Source: Fimbriosthenelais zetlandica (lineage: Eukaryota). Taken from it: 64,000 bases of DNA. Under the pieces are notes generated by a model, which was not told the DNA's origin, made no database searches, and saw nothing but the letters and a program-made list of their open reading frames with translations. The stretch covers positions 24,676,001 to 24,740,000 of the forward strand of contig OZ365112.1 in the NCBI GenBank assembly GCA_977030845.1. Reading direction: 5' to 3'. The stretch's first letter is position 1. Each line of letters starts with the position of its first letter. The translations under genes and the position numbers were made by a program. Below are positions 13,801-28,189 of the stretch, piece by piece.

Positions 13801-16800
13801 CTTTTTCCTTAATCAGCAAATCAGCAATTGATTTCATTTCATTAACTAATATTTACACTGAATAAATATGGTCGAAATGTTGGTTATTTCTCACATTGTC
13901 AATACCTTTTTGTCCAATAAGTCAACTGGACTTGTGGAATAAAAACCCGAACAAGAAACTCAATATTTGGACACAGCTGTTATTCATATTATTCTTACGT
14001 AAAAAAAGAAGACTTGGACATGTCTATTGCATGCACAAATGACATACAGATTTTGATAATGCACTAAAATGTACCTATCACAACCATATTATAAGATGGA
14101 TGGCTCTTTTATACAGTAGCACAAATTATACTCAAACCTCCACTCTATCGGAAACATTTCTCCGCATTTTACCAGTACATTTTCTCCAATACTCATTACA
14201 TACAAAGGCTTTCTAATCCGATATTCAACAAAGAAAAACAAATTCACAGATAAACAGACTCTTCAGAAAAAATATGTCCTAGTCAAAACTAAATAATTGT
14301 ACTTTTAACTAAAGGAACTAGGCTTTAAAACCCTCGCAATAAGAGACCAAGACATGCAGAGCATCACATTAATGGCATACTCGGCCCCTGTAATATCAGT
14401 AAGAGATTCTTCAACCTAGTTTTCTACCTTTCTGATCTAGAGTAAGGATAAGGATTATGAACAACTTGATTGTCTATATTATGTTCATCTCTGGATTGAT
14501 ATCTACATCTCTAATGCCAGACTTAGACATAAATATCTGTGAAACAATGTACATTACTACCATAACACAAGTTTTCCTTTCGTACACTGAGGTTTTACTG
14601 GCTGTATACTACACTTAGTGGTTAATCCAAATTGAGGGTAAATGTTATTTGACAGAGGGTCAGGGATGAGGACACACACTAACTTTTGATTAGAGTTCAT
14701 TAGAGTCAAGCCTTTACTTATATCGAAAGGCCCGTCAGTAATTCTAGACTATCTTGCATATTATCTTTGATAATCCATATGGAAAGTTAAAACACAAAGC
14801 CCTTATCGAGGAGGAAGATTACGTCATCGGAAGACCAACTCATCTACTCGATACATCAGCTAAGCTTTGAAGTACTAGATATTGGCCGATTTCCCCCCTG
14901 GCAGAATTTATTTTAGATACGAGGCAAAGCCTTGGAATTACTTCGATTAGGAAAAACTAATACACAATTATGCGCTTGAACACCACAAAAATCGTATTTG
15001 TCATAGAAAGCCCAAATATACTGGTAACGTGAACGACCGATTAAGCTAAGAGGAAACCCTCAAAATATGAAACTCTTTCAAGAGAAACAATATCAAATGC
15101 TCTTTTTTGAACTTAAGGATGTGATACGCCAGTATCAAAGAGAGTAAGAGTATGATCATATTTAAACTGACAAGTGGTTGGTCAAGTTGAACAGTACTGA
15201 ATAGCATCAGGATAGTACAAAACCAATGGAAACGAGAGAGAAGAGAGATGTTGGAAATAACCAAGGATCAAAGATAATCTTCCAGGACAGAAACTTAGGC
15301 TTATAGTTAAACCGGGTATAGCCATGACAGGGAGAGACAACTTCAAAATGGGACAATTATAAAATTAAATTTCAACAAAGGTAAGTCACTAAAGAAACCA
15401 AGTTATAGAGAAGTAACGAGACCTCTAGATTCTAAATATTGCGTGACATGAGAAAATGCATTCTCTTCTTATTTCTATTTTTCTAAAAGATTTCTGAGTG
15501 AGAAAGGAAAAGTGAGTTCAGATAAATTTCAAGAATATAATCCAATTAAATAGATCCAGGTAGCAGACAGTGGAGGTAGAGAATATTAAAAGTCAACTAT
15601 CTCAATTTATAGAAAGGCAAGTGTTCGTGATGTTAGCAAAGTGGCAGACTTGGACATTCACTGACTACCAACAGGCATTCCACTTGGTGTCATTTAAACA
15701 TTATTTTCATTATGGTTTTAGCACCAGTATGCAAGTGATCCGACTATTACTTGAGTACCATTGCGAGGTGCAATTCCCTTAGGATGTACCTCTAAATCTA
15801 AGGTATAGTTACCTGCTATATGAACTCTGGGATTTTACTGTATTCAATATTGTCTAGCACTGTTGTGCAAGTTCCCGTTTATAAAATATATCCAGTGATC
15901 TGGACATTGCCCATAACCTATATTCTATAGATCTATAAGGTTCAAACTTGCCACATTTAATATTATTTAAAGACCCAAATAAGAAAATTTGCCTAGGATA
16001 TATTACCAAGTATGACTCTATTATAAATATTCAGATATGAATCAAACACACCGTTTATGCATCCATCTATAATTATATCTATTCTCACGTACATACTATG
16101 AAAAATATATCAATGCTTCTCCCTGGTAGTTTAATAAATGGGGGTATCAGATGGTATATTGCGGAGATGTCCACTGACTTGTTTACAAATTAAATGTTCA
16201 TACTCAGAAGGTACTCAACCCCTGCACCTAAGGGTTTGTCGAGTACCGCCCATTCCGACTCATATTATAATTACTTCATTATATTTACACACTTACAGAA
16301 ATCTCACCAGTTCAAGCTGTGTCTTCAGCCTATGTTTTACAATACTCTTATACAGGATGAATAACAATAATAATAAACAATTCCATTCAACATGCCATAA
16401 TAAATATAGATCTGTATAACTCCCAAACACACATGGATATATACCAACTCTCGGTTGTCTCAGCTTGTTTTCTCACAGTGCTCTGCTTGAGAAACAAGTT
16501 TCTGCTGTCGGTTATAAGTGATAGTTATATAAGTTTATATATAAATTCCAATGCAAATAAAGAAGGACGTGTCCATGACGCACACTTTTAAGTCCTTACA
16601 CCACAATGAAGTGGAAATTTCTGAGGTATTTAACCGAACCAAATCCAGGCTCTGTTTCTCTGCCTTTAGAACACTTCCATACCAATGACAGCCAAATAAG
16701 TAATTCCATTATTTTATAAATGTATTTATAGTTTTAGATATTGTTTTCTGTCCACAGTTGACAGTTGAACATATTATACGCTATATATGCACGGATCAAC

Positions 16801-19393
16801 CATTTAAATTCTGAGCAAAGTACACATTTCTACCATGCTTGTACAAATTATATCGCGATTGAATGGAAATACCTACAGAACCTCAAGCTTTTCCATCAAT
16901 TTTCTTTAAAAATCTGAACCGAAGCATTACATCAAAGGTTCAGTTCCTACTCTGGACTAATACATATTATGTCGGCCTTCTGGAAAAAAGGACCATATTT
17001 CTTGAAAAACTATACGTTGAATACTCCTCGACACTCTCGCCCTTTCTTCTGTTTCCAGACTCAATTTATTTTCCACTCTGAACGAATTTCACTGCTAAGT
17101 GAATCACACCAATTAGAGCTAACATATTTGTCATCTATCCCTGATTAGACTCAGTGAGCTCTCTTGGTATTTGGTAAGCAGTGAGAAAATACTGATCACA
17201 TTGTAAAGACCAAAATCTCCCGACCAAGACCCGAATGGATCTTAGCATCAATGGACAAAAGAAATTATAATACTATGAAGCAGACGGAAGTTGCTTGATT
17301 CCATGCTTGACCAAAAAGAGTGAACTCCCTTTTGCTGAGCTTTCCAAACACTATCCAATCTTATCACATAAACTAAGAACTAATATGTTCAAGGGGAAGG
17401 GTACAATAAAAGAAATAGTTTCCCTTATGTTTAATTTATCATTAATAAGAAGCCATCTGGGGGTGATAATGATAATAGTTCAAGGTTTATTATTATAGAA
17501 GTGAAGGCCTGCAGGGACAGGGGTTCTACTAAACACAGGCCAGTGTGAGGACGTGATAGGTGATCACTCTCTCTATTTGTACAGTAGAGTTTAAATTTAT
17601 CACAGGCAACTTAAGTGTCGTGGGTTGAGTTCTTCTGACAATAATGACAAAATGATCAGGCAAAAACCACCTCCTCCTCCTCCTCCTAATTCCACTACCA
17701 CCACCAGCTCCAGTTTTCCCAAATTCTTCCTATAATTTTACTTCATGTGAATAAAGTGTCCAAGTATATAGTGCATCCTACCCTACACTAAGTGTTATCT
17801 CTCATAGCAATAAGAGAAAGAATGTCATCTACAAGCGAGCTTCAAATGTCCCATGCCTCACACTTACACAATAATTTGTCTGCCCAATATTTTAAAACCA
17901 CATTCTGTTCTCATCACATGGAGAGAACCCCGTTTTCTGAAATCATGGGGATCTTTGTCTCTTATATTTTCCTTTCATGGTAAAGGAAACACCAGCTTGC
18001 ATGATAAGACCATGATATGAACATTATATTCCATCAACAACTCGTAATGTGGGACTTTGTGTTCTTTAAGGGAGAACATTGGGAAGGCCTTGGACGAGGA
18101 TACTTGCCTTAATGTGTCAATATATATCACACACATTGACAAGTATGCCTCGGCCTTAACGCCCACAGCCACAGCCTTGACTGGTATATATATCATTACG
18201 TTTATCAATACATTGCCATCGACTACAAAACCCAATAGAGTTGATGAATGCAGCGGTCACAACAGGGCAATTTGAGCAATCAAGTTTGTACTCTGTTCTC
18301 CAGCATTCACTTTCGAGAAAATTTACAAAATGCCCAAATAATAAATCTGAAGAATTGAGCAAAAAAAAAGTATGAAATCATAGTATAGTCGAGAAGAACC
18401 GAAATAATAAAATCCAAGGAAACGAAATTGGAAATGATGTTTAAGGAATGGAAACAAACCTGCAATGAAACCTGTCATCAATTCCAAAACCAAGATGTCT
18501 GATAATAGCAGTTTTGATTGCCAAACTGAGAAAGTTTTGACAAGGGAAAATTACCAATTTTGAAATGTAACATAGAGTTGAATAGCTCAAACAGCTTTAT
18601 ATAAATTACATTTATTTTTCAGATCCACTGGACCTTGTTTCTATTTTTTTTGTCCACAGCGCTGTATAACTGAGTAGAATGAATGTAGGCGCTTTGAACA
18701 TGGTATAATAATAATACATGTATATCATAGGTTCATCAGCTGTGATGGACTCTTCCAAAACTTACTTCTTTCATTGACAAGTATAAGATATGGACGAGCT
18801 TAGTCTCAGCAGGGCCTGCCTGGGATCGTTCAGTATATATATAATATAAAACCGTTTCCATATAATTATTATTCCTATCATCTCATTAAACCATTCAGTG
18901 AAACTTTTTAAACCAGGCTGTGTATATATAAGTGCCTTACTCGCATGTGACAATGTATATAGTTGAAACTTGCACGCTCACAAGACTTCCCTACCACACA
19001 ATCATGTACACACACTGTGATGCTATTATCACAGAGCAGTTGCTGTTCTACACACTACTGTGGCAGCACCTGCGAACACATATTTGGAATACAAGTTATT
19101 ATTAATTTGTCCTTTTCCTTCTGTTTCTTTGTTCAATACAATCTGTCATGGTAATTGTCCACGTAATAGAAGACGTGAGTTGGGTTGATGAGATGGTTCT
19201 AGGAGTGAATGAGTGGCAAACATTTGGCATCCTTGGGCGAGGGTGCATATATATAAAATTATTATAATAATATATCTCCGTTAATGAGGGTGTGAAATGA
19301 GTTGGGGGTCACAAGTACCATGGCCTTGTCCAGCAGTAGTAGTTGCACACACACCCACATAGGGGGAGACGCAGTCATGGTGCCCTGAGACCA

Positions 19394-22300
19394 TCAATCA
19401 TATTCTAGAATCTGTTTATGGTAGAATAACAGGTACCTGAAAACAAGCAAGGCACCAATGTACTTCACCACAACACTGATTCAAGACATTCTACATCAAA
19501 TGCCCTTTTTCTCCTTTTTAAAAAACAAGGCCTCTGTGGTATATGAACTATGGCCCCTAGGCATTCAATTTCAGTACAATACCACCTGAGCCATGGCTCA
19601 ACCCCCAAGAGAGAGAGATCTAATACATTGGGTGCCAGGAAATATCCCTGGAGAGGGGTAAATGACGTTAATGACTTATTGACTAGGACTTATATAACTA
19701 GAATGTGATGTAACTTACCCTTCACTCCTGATCACATCCTCGATGCTGGCTCGACATATGAGATGGTCCTCACATCTGAACCAGTAGTTTTTGTGTTGTC
19801 GGATGTAGCAGGTGTAGTGGCCTGAGTCAGCAGTTCCCCGGTGGTTGACAACCGCATACAATGAGTACCTGAATAATTAATAAGCCAAAAAAATTTATTC
19901 AATTCATATATAAACTCGTTGGTTATATTCATATTCAATTATTTTCTAAATGATTTCCGAAGTTTCACATAAACTAATCATGAAAATTGAAATCGTGAGC
20001 ATCAATTTTCATGATTTATGATATAATATATCAAAAGGTAATCTTAATTATTCAAACTCACTTGTATTCACTGGATAAGGAGGAGGCAGCTTCCTGAACA
20101 ACTTGGTGGGTGTAACCATTATTGTGGTTACGAGATGAGGACATGAAGGGAGTCATGTCCAACTCCTCCGGGAAGGACACGAATTTAGATATCTTCTTAT
20201 GGTACCCTGTGGAATGCTCGAAACGCTGGAAAGATAGAACGTCCAATGCTTCAATTCATAATATTGTAACTGGGGAAAATTGGAAATAACTTTAGATTCA
20301 GGCAATTTAAGTAATTTTAGAAGAAACTATGCAAAGGGTTGACTAATTTTAACAAAGATAAATAAAATGTAAAATTGTAAGGGCAAGATGTTCCTTGCTG
20401 ATATTTATCAAAGTTTAACCAACTTATTATGAATTACCTTGAGATGAAAGCAGGCGACAAGAGGCAACTTTTTCATAGTAAGCTGTTTAGTTGACTCCTG
20501 ATAACTCTTACAGTTACTACATTTAATTTTGGCGGAGCTACCTAAGTGTTCAGGTTGAGTAAACCTGGAAAAGGAAGTACAGAAATATAATTTTTACATG
20601 TTTTCACAAAGTTTTTATCATAAGAAGGGAATAAACAGTTTCTATTTATCTGTCAATGACTGAGGAATTACGTAGGGAAATAGGAACTTAAAATTCAATT
20701 AAATAAAAGCTGTATGACCTTCGAAAATATATCTTTAGATAAAGTAGCGTAAAGTTATATTACCTTCGCAAGCAACTTGTAAGAGATGTAGGTTCGTCTA
20801 AATTATCTATCCCATTGGAAAAGTCTGAAAAGCAATAAGGACAAGATGTGAAATCTGACTAACAAAGCTCGATAATTTTTTTTTAAAGAGAAACATATGT
20901 TTTCAGAACTGGAGGAGCGCAAAGGTTGAAGCTTACCATCCGGTGGGCCTAGGTCTAGTGATATGTCCCAAAATGGGTCGATCGTTGTCGAGACATACCT
21001 GAAAACATTACGCAAAAATCATGTTATGAAACTAGAATTTAATTCTTTGTGTTAGAAGTGAAATTACCATATTTGAAATTAAGATTTTTCATTCTTTCGC
21101 AAGCTGATAAAGAGTTATCCATTTCAACAGTATTTCTTGTCATAATTGTATAATTTCCAGAGCGAGGTTTGTCAAACATTTGGAGGTTAATAAAGGATAA
21201 CTGACTTGCACTGTTGGCATGTAACGTCTGACTGGAGACCACCAGTGAAGATCTGGTCTATAATACAGTTGCAGTGATGAGGATTATTGCTCGACATTCC
21301 ATTCGTTCCTGAAAAAAAAACAGAACGAAACAATAAATTCAACATTCAGCCACGACCATAAATCTTCTATAATAATCCTTCCCAATGAAATAATATCTGC
21401 ACAGTGGTGTATATAAGTACGGAAGGCCTACCTTTACAATGCCTATGAAGCACATCCAAGGCTGCGATAAGAAACTCGTGGGCGTCTTGTTGTTCATAAC
21501 CGGCCAAATGCCGCGCGTGCGTCCAGACTAAATGTAGAAGACGGTAGGGTGTGTGTGGCGTCCTAACTCCAGAATAAAACTGTAATTAAAATGATAACAA
21601 ATTATTATACAGTGGTAACTAATACAATACAGAAGGGTTTTCTTTTCAGACTGAAAAAATGTACTTTGAATGTGATCAAAGGAAGAAATTAAATGAAGGA
21701 AGGAGGGGATTATAGGAAGGAAGGAAATATGGAAGAAGAAAGGAGGGAAAGATGGAAGAAGAAATGAACGAAGGAAATTATATATTAAAAGAACGTACTT
21801 CCTGGAAGAGTCTAGACATCTCGCAAACCAGGCATTGCTGAGACTCGTTGAGCATTTGGCAATTGTGTTTGTCTGCTAAGAAGAAATCTCGTAGCAGAGG
21901 TGTGTGAGTCAGAGCTTGTACTATACAATTCATAAAACACGTATTTCCTAAATTGATCAGTCCGCGCAAACCTGAAATGAAACAGAAGACAATTATGGTG
22001 AGTCCAAGGATCAAATAGAAAAATGTTTTTCAAAAGGAATTCTTTTGGTCGATAAAATCTTGATTATATTGCACCAATTGTTCCAGAAGTAATTAACATA
22101 TGATGTAGAGTAACTTCATAATGATACAGTAATGATTATGGCCTTACCTATAGTTGAGCTTCCCGTCACCTTGCGCCGTTTTGGATTTTGATGTAGCAGA
22201 TCTACTTCATCATCTGATGGCTCCCATGGTGAAAATGAACTCTTTACGCCTGCAAATTCAGAAAATGAGAAATATATTTCAAATAATTCTGGAAGTAATT

Positions 22301-23851
22301 TCAAGAGAGGATGGAGCCTGGCTTGATGGTCATTTTTATGGCCATCTTTATAATACTCTTACTTCACAGGTCAGTTTCGACTACAGAACTTGTTTTACAA
22401 ATTCTATGGAAAATATTGATTGAATGACAATCACACATGACGTTTAAAGCTGTAAATAAATCTCTTGAAAGAAATGTTCTTTGGGGACGTGAATGCCAAC
22501 TCACCTAAGGACTGTAATGCTTGTTGGTGCTCATGTCTGGCAATGACTTCTACTTCCTGATCGTAGACATAAGTCGAACACGCGAAACAGTATATAGCAC
22601 CGTAACTTAAGTCTATAGCTGTAAAGAATGAAGAGAAGGCAATGAGGCTGAGTATCGCTTAAATTTTTAAGCAACGAGAGTCGCAGAACTGACAGGTCAT
22701 GCTCCCTATTTCTATGTCCAATTATTGTACCGGTATGTTTCATTAGCAATAGTCATAGATGTGCATCATTTTTTTCAATCTAATCTAATTAAAGTTGGAT
22801 AAGTTTAGATTGAATCATAAGATATTATTTATCTAATTTTAACTTACCTAGGTTATGTTTTCTTTCCTTTGCATGCTCATGAATATGTCTTTTACCATAG
22901 CATCCGAAGAAAACGCAATGCAGGCATGAATGCAGTCGTGGACCATGGATCCGGCAAACGTGACAGACACAAGAAATTGCCTGAAGGAGAAAATACATAC
23001 AGAAATTTTATTTATTTTTTCTAGGTAACACTAGTTAATACCATAGCATAGGGGCTGGAGATTTGAAAACCGGCAGCAGGTAGCCTGCACTGCTACAGCT
23101 TGACTAATGACAGTACAGACGGTAAGGTCCCACTGTTCACGAGGAAAATAAACTGCATTGGCCTCTACTGTCAAGCTTACTAATTTTTCTCTTGCTTTAA
23201 AAATGTAAATGACAGAAATTCATGAGTGCTACTACTCAATCTTAGTCGGGAACTGAGACCTGAGTCACACCGTGACTGGGTCAATCTACCCGTGTGTGTC
23301 ACAGTTCGCCTTCACTGAAGGCTTCAGTCCACATTCAAAATAAAATGTCTCAATTTACAAGGAAAACCATCAGGCTTTTGGGATTTTCACATTCATGTTC
23401 TAGGAGTCTTATACCTTCATATCTCCCTTTTTATCATATATTTTACTAGGTTTGGAGCTCTTGACAAGGCCATCACAGTCATGTAGGCTAAGTGTGTGGG
23501 ACCCCATCTCCCCAACGCCAGATCCGGCTACGGAGTAAACAATCGACCGGTACATTTGACACCCCCTACGATTGCTCTCCAAATTCCCGATCTTCCATTT
23601 TAAAACTCCAGAAAACGATAAATCCGTATACTTCACAACACAGAGGGGCGGCATGGTGGAAGGGAAACGTTCTTTACCGGTGGAATTCAATTTCTAAATC
23701 TTAAATCCGTCACTTGACGGGCCTCACTCACCTTTCGCTTGCGAGCATCCTCGGTGGTGCACGAAATGAAATGTTTGTGGATAATCTTTAGAGGTTCCAT
23801 CCCCTTCGTAGCCTTGAAGGCATTGAAGTGCTGACAGCCCGCTTTACTCAT
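19394..23851 (-). CDS. USP22: Ubiquitin carboxyl-terminal hydrolase 22 (SAGA DUB module; nonstop orthologue), 13 exons, 499 aa
   Basis: Exons 23732-23851, 22848-22980, 22505-22618, 22148-22249, 21799-21971, 21432-21579, 21206-21308, 20937-20998, 20764-20824, 20438-20564, 20062-20225, 19719-19868, 19394-19436; all GT-AG, phases consistent, 1500 nt. ZnF-UBP ([17 protein letters not shown]), Cys box [19 protein letters not shown], His box [14 protein letters not shown]-terminus [14 protein letters not shown]. Confidence 0.97.
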
Positions 23852-23879
23852 CTTGGTAGGAGCGGGCCGGATTTAAAAG

Positions 23880-24100
23880 TTGGAAACATCTTCATGTAAT
23901 AATTTAGCCAAAATTCCCTGCTGTTCCAATCAACAAAGGTGGTGCGCAACCGCGGTGAAAATGCGACCTCTTCTGCGCAGGTATACTGCTTCCGCTTCCG
24001 GCCGCACTTCCGGCCGGCATGAACAAAATGTACACAAACGGCTGTCAAAATCAAGTCCAGAGTCTACTCACCGCTAGAATAGCATGTATTCGGCCAAGGT
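23880..24100. promoter_or_regulatory. Probable bidirectional promoter of USP22 and DHRS7B
   Basis: GC/CpG-rich patch between divergent starts with tandem ETS-type sites (gcttccggcc, cacttccggcc at ~23995-24013). Confidence 0.55.
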
Positions 24101-24181
24101 GGGAGTCATTGAAATCATACATATTATAGAGAGTTCACCTAGCGGTGTGTTAGATGCATGCATTTGTTTTAGACACCTTAA

Positions 24182-25072
24182 CTCTTTCTGTACCTTCGAA
24201 AATGCATGGAAAATAATACCAATGCAAAATAATTTTTAAATCATCGTGTAAATCATAAGAAATCGAAGTAAAGTATCACAAAGTATATATTTATATAGAG
24301 GTTTGATATTAAGCATTAAAAATAATGATATTAATTTGTGCTAATATGCATATGCAGGTCACGTGACCATGGCGGCCATATTGGATTTCTGAAAAATTAT
24401 ACCAAAAAATCGCATTGTTTTAGGTATTTGAGCCAAGTATTTTATTTCAACATTTAATTTTAGCTATTTCTGAATAGCTATTTTTGAGAATATGTCATAA
24501 GACATTTGGAACAGTTGGAATTTTGTTTATACCCCTCTTATTAAGGAAATGGCACCAAAATGAAATAAGAGTACTTTTTCCCCAAAAAAGGACTTTTGGG
24601 GGCAATTAGTATGGGTTTCAATGGGTCAAATCATTGGGGTCAGTTACGACATAATTGATAATATGTTAATTATTTTCATTACTGTATATTTTTATTATAA
24701 CTAATGACTTATTGTAGTAATATACATTTTCTGGAAGCTATTACCCCAGGCCATGTAATTATGATGGAAAATGTATGTATATGCAAATTAGTTGGTCACG
24801 TGACCATGGCGGCCATCTTGGATTTTTTTGGGGGGTAAAATCTGTCATTGGACAACAAAAAGAGATTTTTTTTGAATTGTCATTTAAAAAAAATATTTTT
24901 ATAAAATATCCATAATATTAGGTCCAAAATGTTCGCAAGACATGAAATTTATTAATTCATAAAAAAATTATTAAAAAAAATACTAATTAGGGTGTCATGG
25001 ATGGGGTCAAAGTTCACTGTGATGTCCATCGATCACATATGATCGATTTGAATAGGCAAGGTACAGAAAGAG
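24182..25072. mobile_element. Non-autonomous piggyBac-type DNA transposon (MITE), 891 bp, distinct family
   Basis: Perfect 15-bp TIR CTCTTTCTGTACCTT / AAGGTACAGAAAGAG flanked by TTAA at 24178-24181 and 25073-25076; internal duplicated ggtcacgtgaccatggcggccat.ttggattt block. Confidence 0.85.
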
Positions 25073-25317
25073 TTAATTTGCTTATCAATACTGAGGCCTG
25101 TTCAACTGGGGTATGGGGTGGGCGTGGCACAGTAATGTAATGGAAGTATTTTCAACTAGTAGTATTGGTATAACATGATGTTGCATAGTTTTTCTTAATT
25201 TTCATGGCTTATTATATTTCAGATATGCTTGTCAATATGATATATTTAATATTTCTTTCTATTTTCAGCTCATAAGCCATTGAGTTATATAGGAATGTGT
25301 CAAATTGAAATGCAAAG

Positions 25318-27023
25318 ATGAGCTGTAGTGTATCAACTATTGGAGGGGTGGCTGCTTGTGCTGGGGTCTTTTACCTGTTAAGATATCTTTGGCAGAGATC
25401 TGCATTGAAAAATGCTTCCATCAAAGGTCAAGTTGTACTCATAACAGGTGCAAGCTCCGGATTAGGAGAGGGTAAGTCCGAATGAATTGTGTAGCCTTAA
25501 TTATATGCTAAATCTGAGTAATATTTTCTTGAAAATAATAATGTAATATTGAATACCCCATGCAGGATATTCCCTTCTTTATCACCAACATATATCATAT
25601 AATTTTGCGTTTAAGTTTTCATATGTAATTGTAAAGCCTTTCACACTTTCAGCTTGCGCACATGCCTTTCATCGAGCAGGGGCTAAAGTTATTCTAGCAG
25701 CAAGACGTGTAAAGGAACTTGAAAGAGTAGCAAAAGAGATCACAGAAATGAACTACGTAAGCTCGAAACTTATTCCCAATTATATTAAGCAATCATTGGA
25801 ACAAAACACTAGGTAAATTATATAATTTTAGTGTATTTAATAATTTGGTGTTGTAATATTTGCAGTTAAACGATACCGTATATTTCGAATGTTTTTATGC
25901 AGCCTGGTGCCACAGGAGATCCTAAAATCTTGGCTTTAGACTTGGAAGACATAGCCTCCATCCCCAGAGTGGCTGAAGAAGCGTTGTCCGTGTATGGATA
26001 CATTGATGTCTTACTCAATAATGGGGGAATGAGCTTCCGTGGTGAGCTCATGGAAACGGCCGTACAGGTTGACATTAGAGTGATGACTGTCAACTACTTT
26101 GGACAGGTGGCTCTAACCAAGGGTGAGTCCTACGCCTACATTCCCTATTAAACTAAGAATCAGTGATTCCATACTAGAAAAACTCTCCCATTATGCTTCC
26201 AGTTTTCTTCAAATGTCCATAGGTCATTGGTAGCCACATTAACTCTGCTGACTTTAAATAAAACTTTATGTTTAATTCTTTTCATCATTTTATTCTTTAG
26301 CCATACTTCCCAGCATGGTCTCCAGAAGAAGTGGCCATATAGTTGGTGTTAGCAGTATTCAAGGGAAAATAGCCATACCTTACCGCTCGCCATGTACGTC
26401 ATCATTTCCACATGACAAAATTGTTTCAGAAAGATGTTAAATTGTATTTTAGAAAGAATAATTGCAAGAATTAATTACTATATTGATCAAGTATGGTTTG
26501 ATTTTTAGTGTTATCCTTTCTTTTTACAGATTCTGCGTCAAAATATGCATTCCAGGCTTTCCTAGACACACTGAGGGCTGAAGTGGCGCGCCACAATATT
26601 AGTGTGTCTACAATCTGTCCTTCATACATACAAACTGGTCTGTCTCGTAACGCAGTTACTGCAGATGGTACTGCGTATGGAGGTAATTGTTTCATTCGTA
26701 TGCATGTGGTTTGCTGCATCGAAATTTTGATGACATGATATATTACATATCCAATAATATTGTTAAGTTAGTGATGTAGCTTTAATACAAGATTTTCTTC
26801 TGACCTTCCAGTCCAGGACGCCACCACAGAATCCGGAATGAAACCGGAATATGTTGCCGATAAAATATTACAAGCGGTTTTATTGCGACAGTCTGAACTA
26901 GTTTTGGCGCCTATTTATATTAAAATAGCCACTTTGATCAGGGCATTATGGCCCTCTCTTTTTTTCACACTTATGACATCAAGAGCTCAAAAACAACGGA
27001 AAACCATGGAAAAGAAAAAGTAA
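25318..27023 (+). CDS. DHRS7B: Dehydrogenase/reductase SDR family member 7B, 6 coding exons, 311 aa
   Basis: Exons 25318-25471, 25653-25756, 25903-26122, 26301-26393, 26530-26682, 26812-27023 (936 nt). N-terminal hydrophobic anchor, [11 protein letters not shown] Rossmann motif, [29 protein letters not shown] (YxxxK); AATAAA at ~27057. Confidence 0.93.
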
Positions 27024-28189
27024 CCAAATAAGTGTGCATATTATATGTGTGGATTGAATAAAAGATTATATGAAGTTCTGGCAAAAAAGTTTGATGTTTT
27101 ATTCATTTAGTTCTATAAATCAATTCAATATTTTATCAATTTAATCGTGGATATTTTAATCACAACCATCTCGCAACTATTGTCATATAATTTAATTATT
27201 TGTAATTAGTCCTACTGGAACCAGGCAATTATGCAATATATTTCGATACTTCTTAAATGTATAAATTTATTTACAGAAGGCATTCAAAGATAGTTTACGA
27301 GTTCTTTGTTTCAATAATGAATTCATTTCTATGGATCAAACAACCATTTCCCAATCAAGCCTGTATTCGTTAGATAAACAATAATTGTTGAAATAATTTT
27401 CTTGCAATATAAATTAATATGAAGAATGAAATAGAGATAACGGAGGCAACATCCTGGTCTTAAATCTCGAGAATATAGGGCACGCCAATAATAGTACAAT
27501 TAGATTGTATAAAAAAAGGAGAAGACTACTTTATTACACTGAGTGTTTCGATCATTTGCTCCCTTAAAATAAACATTGGTCATGGGTAGGCTATTGGTTG
27601 TTACCGTGTAGTATAATGCATCACAGATCTCTCATGACGTACTATATAATATACATGATCTGGTATGAGATCTTTCACTTTAAATTTCCAAAATTAATCT
27701 CGGATACACACACTCTGATTCTGTTTCACAGGGGTTAATACAAGTATCAAGTCCATGGTCCCATGAACCACTGGAACTTCTAAATATACATCCAAATTTC
27801 AGTGAGTGAATGGAGACCATTTCAAATACCTGAGAGAGACATTGATAGGGCATATTTCATAACAATATCAAATGATATATTTCTATAAATAAGCCATTTA
27901 TCCATCCCATATGGCACGTTCACTGTCAACTAGTCAAGTAACAATAATATAATATTCCACACATAAATGTAACATTCAGTCAACACAGGTAACAAATGAT
28001 AATAAAGCAGATCCCTGGGTACAATAACTTTCACAGATCTATTTATGAATGGCGCTGGTGGCAGTCTGAGCAGGAGATTATAGTCACTTCATACAGTAGA
28101 TCGAGTCCCATTCCCCATAGACGTATACATTCTTGGTGTGTAGGCTTGGCTTGGTGTGTACAACACATTAAGCAGCTGCACCCCTGAGG

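Noticed and set aside
14700-15360. Possible decayed Penelope-like relic (minus-strand ...FNFPYGL...)
   Set aside because: Only a short motif resemblance among many stops and frameshifts; needs a Dfam/tBLASTx hit.
11000-19390. Numerous 60-90 aa ORFs
   Set aside because: Expected by chance at this AT content; no domains or consistent exon chains; likely USP22 3'UTR and intergenic DNA.
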